Below are positions 59,190 to 64,000 of a DNA stretch of 64,000 nucleotides, piece by piece. Position 1 is the stretch's first letter. Every line of letters starts with the position of its first letter. The stretch lies in assembly GCA_951406725.2 (NCBI GenBank), contig OX597821.1, positions 74,772,001-74,836,000 of the forward strand, read 5' to 3'. This DNA comes from Octopus vulgaris (taxonomy: Eukaryota). Both the position numbers and the translations under genes were made by a program. The notes below the pieces were generated by a model. That model was not told where the DNA came from, made no database searches, and was given only the letters and a program-made list of their open reading frames with translations.

Positions 59190-59578
59190 CGACTCTTAAT
59201 TATTCGTAACGAAAATTGAAGCATACCATGTTTGTGGTAGTTTGTAAGTGAACGCTTTCAGTTTCAAGAATAAATCGCCATCAAGGTTTATACTGTGGGT
59301 TGTTATTAATGATTCCAGAACACTTATTAAAATTAATATCATCAAGAAAATCAACCCAACCTTCTTTCATTTGAGAAGTATTGTCTTCAAAGTAAAAAAC
59401 AGTTTTGATTTCGCACCAGGGGAACAGAATCATGCAAAATCTAAAGAGTTTGCAGAATAAGAACCGAAACTGCAGAATAAGCACGATAAGCGCACCATGC
59501 TGCAGAGGACATAGAGTTTTGCACCCCAACTTTCAATTCATACTAGATTAAGTTATGTGATATGTTTATATATTTATA

Positions 59579-59626
<48 letters not shown>

Positions 59627-59845
59627 CATGTGTGTGTTTGTGTTTATATATATATATATATATATTGCCCTCAGGGAGCTGAACATAAAAGGGACAAACT
59701 AGGACAGACAAAGGGTTTAAGTCGATTACATTAACCCCAGTGCGTAACTGGTACTTATTTAATCGAGCCCGAAAGAATGAAAGGCAAAGCCGACCTAACG
59801 ACAACCCCAGCAGACACATCGATATTCCTTAAGTATAATACTTGT

Positions 59846-60071
59846 TTCTTTATTGCCCACAGGGATCTAAACATAGAGGGGAGAAACAAAGACAGACAAT
59901 GGGTTTAAGTCAATTATATCGACCTCAGTGCGTAACTGGTACTTATTTAATCGACCCCGTAAAGATGAAAGGCAAAGTCGATCTCCGCGGAGTTTGAACT
60001 CTGAACCTAGCGGCAGACGAAATGTCACTAAACATTTCGTCCGGCGTGCTAAGGATTCTGCTAGCTCGCCG
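59846..60071 (-). mobile_element. SINE family A (a partial copy also at 59666-59795)
   Basis: Family A motifs. Confidence 0.85.
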
Positions 60072-60080
60072 CTATATATA

Positions 60081-60190
<110 letters not shown>

Positions 60191-60359
60191 CATAAGGGAC
60201 TAAAGCCATCTGAATATGGCTAGGGACAGAGCAGGGTGGTGGCTGTGTTACAGTTGCATTTAGCCCCGGGCGAACATCAACGCCGCCAGATAGGCTTGAC
60301 ACCATCACGGCGTCCTCTATCCTGCAAAGGGAGATAATTCCCCGATGAAGCGGAAACCA

Positions 60360-60404
60360 CACACGGACCTAGGTTTCAAGGCGTTTGCCTATTATCAACG
60401 TATG
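60360..60404 (-). ncRNA. Type I hammerhead ribozyme, U3-A8 variant, copy 1
   Basis: Reverse complement of catacg-TTGATAA-taggc-aaac-gcctt-GAAAC-ctag-GTC-cgtgtg. Confidence 0.78.
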
Positions 60405-60718
60405 GTAGGCACCCGCTTCCTCGACGAACCACTCACTCTGCAGGATATTTATATAGATTTTCAACCAAAATACATTTGCTGATTTCGAAAATCTGTTCGA
60501 CGGCAATAATAATTCTCTAAATGAGATATAGACAGTAACTGCTCCATAACATAAGGGACTAAAGCCATCTGAATATGGCTAGGGACAGGGCAGGGTGGTG
60601 GGGGTGTTACTGTTGCATTTAGCCTCAGGCGAACATCAACGTCGCCAGATAGGCTTGACACCATCACGGCGTCCTCTATCCCGCAAAGGGAGATAATTCC
60701 CCGATGAAGCGGAAACCA

Positions 60719-60763
60719 CACACGGACCTAGGTTTCAAGGCGTTTGCCTATTATCAACGTATG
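60719..60763 (-). ncRNA. Type I hammerhead ribozyme, U3-A8 variant, copy 2
   Basis: Identical 45-mer, 359 bp from copy 1. Confidence 0.78.
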
Positions 60764-61226
60764 GTAGGCACCCGCTTCCTCGACGAACCACTCACTCTGC
60801 AGGATATTTATATAGATTTTTCAAGCAAAATACATTTGCTGATTTCGAAAATCTGTTCGACAGCAATAATAATTCTCTAAATGAGATATAGACAGTAACT
60901 GCTCCATAACATAAGGGACTAAAGCCATCTGAATATGGCTAGGGACAGGGCAGGGTGGTGGGGGTGTTACTGTTGCATTTAGCCCCAGGCGAACATCATG
61001 TATATATATATATACGTATAGATGTAAATATGTACATATACGTATAAATATACATACATACGATGGCTTTAGTCCCTTATGTTATGGAGCAGTTACTGTC
61101 TATATCTCATTTAGAGAATTATTATTGCTGTCGAACAGATTTTCGAAATCAGCAAATGTATTTTGCTTGAAAATCTATATAAATATCCTGCAGAGTTAGT
61201 GGTTCGTCGAGGAAGCGGGTGCCTAC

Positions 61227-61271
61227 CATACGTTGATAATAGGCAAACGCCTTGAAACCTAGGTCCGTGTG
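61227..61271 (+). ncRNA. Type I hammerhead ribozyme, U3-A8 variant, copy 3
   Basis: Stem I catacg/cgtgtg; stem II aggc/gcct; stem III ac/gt with ctag loop; predicted cleavage after C61265. Confidence 0.78.
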
Positions 61272-61585
61272 TGGTTTCCGCTTCATCGGGGAATTATCTC
61301 CCTTTGCAGGATAGAGGACGCCGTGATGGTGTCAAGCCTATCTGGCGACGTTGATGTTCGCCTGGGGCTAAATGCAACAGTAACACCCCCACCACCCTGC
61401 CCTGTCCCTAGCCATATTCAGATGGCTTTAGTCCCTTATGTTATGGAGCAGTTACTGTCTATATCTCATTTAGAGAATTATTATTGCTGTCGAACAGATT
61501 TTCGAAATCAGCAAATGTATTTTGCTTGAAAATCTATATAAATATCCTGCAGAGTGAGTGGTTCGTCGAGGAAGCGGGTGCCTAC

Positions 61586-61630
61586 CATACGTTGATAATA
61601 GGCAAACGCCTTGAAACCTAGGTCCGTGTG
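61586..61630 (+). ncRNA. Type I hammerhead ribozyme, U3-A8 variant, copy 4
   Basis: Identical 45-mer; predicted cleavage after C61624. Confidence 0.78.
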
Positions 61631-62657
61631 TGGTTTCCGCTTCATCGGGGAATTATCTCCCTTTGCAGGATAGAGGACGCCGTGATGGTGTCAAGCCTAT
61701 CTGGCGACGTTGATGTATATATATATACCCTCCATCAGTTGTTGGCTGTTTTTATAGTCTCGCATTTCGAGCATTTAATAACAATATACGCTTTAGATAA
61801 AACAGCTGTTCCCGCAAAGCAAATTAAAGAAAATTTGGGACTTTGCGAGGGTCAAAATAGGTAACACAAACAGGACAGTGAAAACAAACAGGAAGGGCTG
61901 CTAAGCTTAAACGAGGTTGTGGTGGCGAACGCGTAAATCAAGCTAGGACAGGAGACATTAAAGAATGCCTTCTTCCTTTTTCCAGCTACAACGTGTGTGT
62001 GTGTGTGTATGGGAACTCAAACGTATACGGCCAGATATTTTATCCTACGCTCGGACAAACTACTCTATTTGGCAATTATGTTTCCGTGGCCAGCAAAAAT
62101 GGGATAGGCTGACCAATATCTGATCTTGTTAGTTACGCATCGAAGAAATTACATGCAACTTCTCTTTGCGGTGAGATTATTCGTTTAAAGCTATTTAGAA
62201 TGAATAAAAAATAGGACTTATTTAAACAAATTAGTCTAATTTCCGTAACAGAGAATGCGCTGAGAACGTAGATTAAAGTGGCGGTAACAACTTTATTAAA
62301 TTTTCACTATCAATCAAAGACTGAGTTAATGTATTTTGAATAAATTAAATCACGATGCAAGCGCATGTACTGTGCTGCTGTTTAGAATTAGCGAGAGCAG
62401 CTTACGGATTAATTGAATAAATAATTATACTTGATAATAGGATTTGAGTTCACGTTCTTGTGTTGGTGAAAGACATACATATGTATGATTCTTCTTTGAC
62501 TTTCATTTACGTTCTTCAAAAGAGGATTCACGCCGGCCGCTAACAAAGCGACTACACATTTTTTATATGTATGTATGCGTATATATGTACATGTATGTAT
62601 GTGTGTATTCTTGCATGTATGTACGTATTTATTGATATATATATATGTCTGTGTCTG

Positions 62658-62766
<109 letters not shown>

Positions 62767-62792
62767 CTATATCTATATCTATATCTATATCT

Positions 62793-62823
<31 letters not shown>

Positions 62824-63233
62824 TGTGTGTGTATATATCCGTCTGTCTGTATGTCTCTATCTATCCGACTGTCCGTTCGTCCGTCTGTCCGTCTGTCTGC
62901 CATTCTGTCTTTCTGTCTGCCTGTCCATCTGCTATCTATTTATTCATTTCATGTGGCTCAAATTTAATCAGCCGTAACGGGAACTAGCTGGATGCTGAGT
63001 TGTTGATCGGATACAAAACTAATAGTAACTTGAAAGAAAAATTAGACATTGCAAAGCTTGCCCTGGTTCTAGATATTGGTCAATCAATCTATATTTTGGC
63101 TGAGACTTTACAGGTAACAGGTGAAAGTCGATTACCTGGAAGAGCATATACCCGAAATTCTGTTTGCTATTAGTGATATGTATTATCACTCTCTCTCCCC
63201 ACTCTATCTATCTATCAATTTTCTCTCTCTCCT

Positions 63234-63265
<32 letters not shown>

Positions 63266-63330
63266 CTTAAACATATATATATATGCATCTCGATATGTAT
63301 TAAGTGTCTCTCTCTCTCTCTCTCTCTCTA

Positions 63331-63372
<42 letters not shown>

Positions 63373-63385
63373 TACACACACGCAT

Positions 63386-63453
<68 letters not shown>

Positions 63454-64000
63454 ATGTATGTATATATATATATATATGTATACATCTGTATCCCGTTCTC
63501 TCTCTCTCTCTATGAGTATTTGTATATATTTGAATGTATGTGTATGTACGTGTGCGTTTGTGTGTATATGTGTGTGTAGTATATATATATGTACGTATAT
63601 GCATGCGCGTGCGGCGCATAAGTCAGTGTGATCCTGTATTCGTTCATATTCGTTCACTTCCTCTTCATATATATATATATATATGTCAGGATAAAAGGGA
63701 GAGAGGTACATTTGAATTGAAGAAAATCAGCGGGGGATCCCTTAATGGAGACATCCTCAAAATGTGTGGTTGTATATGTCTGATTTATATAGCCCTAATA
63801 TCTATACTTTATCCTGTGTGGGTCTATAAACGGTGTATTTAATTGAAGTTCATTACCCGTAGTCGGGGCTGTTTTTATGAACTCCCTACGTCTACCTGGA
63901 CAAAATTAAGCACGTCAAATACTGTCTAATTATATATTGATATGAATTTATTTCCTAAAGAGCTGTTTAAATTTCTCCTTTAGACTGTGAGAAAACATAT

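Noticed and set aside
60342-60377. Hammerhead on the opposite polarity of the retrozyme (ccgatga-agcg-gaaac...ggttt)
   Set aside because: No stem II and no stem I pairing; likely a by-product of self-complementarity.

Overview
Repeat-dense, AT-rich animal genomic DNA. The tRNA-derived SINE families and the extreme (TA)n/(CA)n/(TAA)n load suggest a coleoid cephalopod such as Octopus; this is an inference. No host protein-coding gene can be supported. Most predicted ORFs are microsatellite or SINE artefacts. Real content: two convergent CR1/L2-group LINEs (1-5.4 kb), a DD37D maT transposon, a Chapaev3-like transposon, Dong/R4 retrotransposon remnants in (TAA)n, Penelope-like element (PLE) GIY-YIG remnants, MITEs and many SINE copies. 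The main signal is a set of type I hammerhead ribozyme (HHR) motifs. The clearest case is a 359-bp tandem repeat (60187-61716, about 4.1 units) whose four HHR copies each have a U3-A8 core variant and a palindromic stem III. This looks like a non-LTR retrozyme. It sits in (TA)n with a geometry matching twin-priming 5' inversion. Several other, sequence-unrelated HHR families (17.9, 22.3, 33.6, 40.7, 44.3/59.1, 57.2 kb) occur in short PLE-type inserts, often with inverted tails. All pairings were derived by eye; activity is untested.
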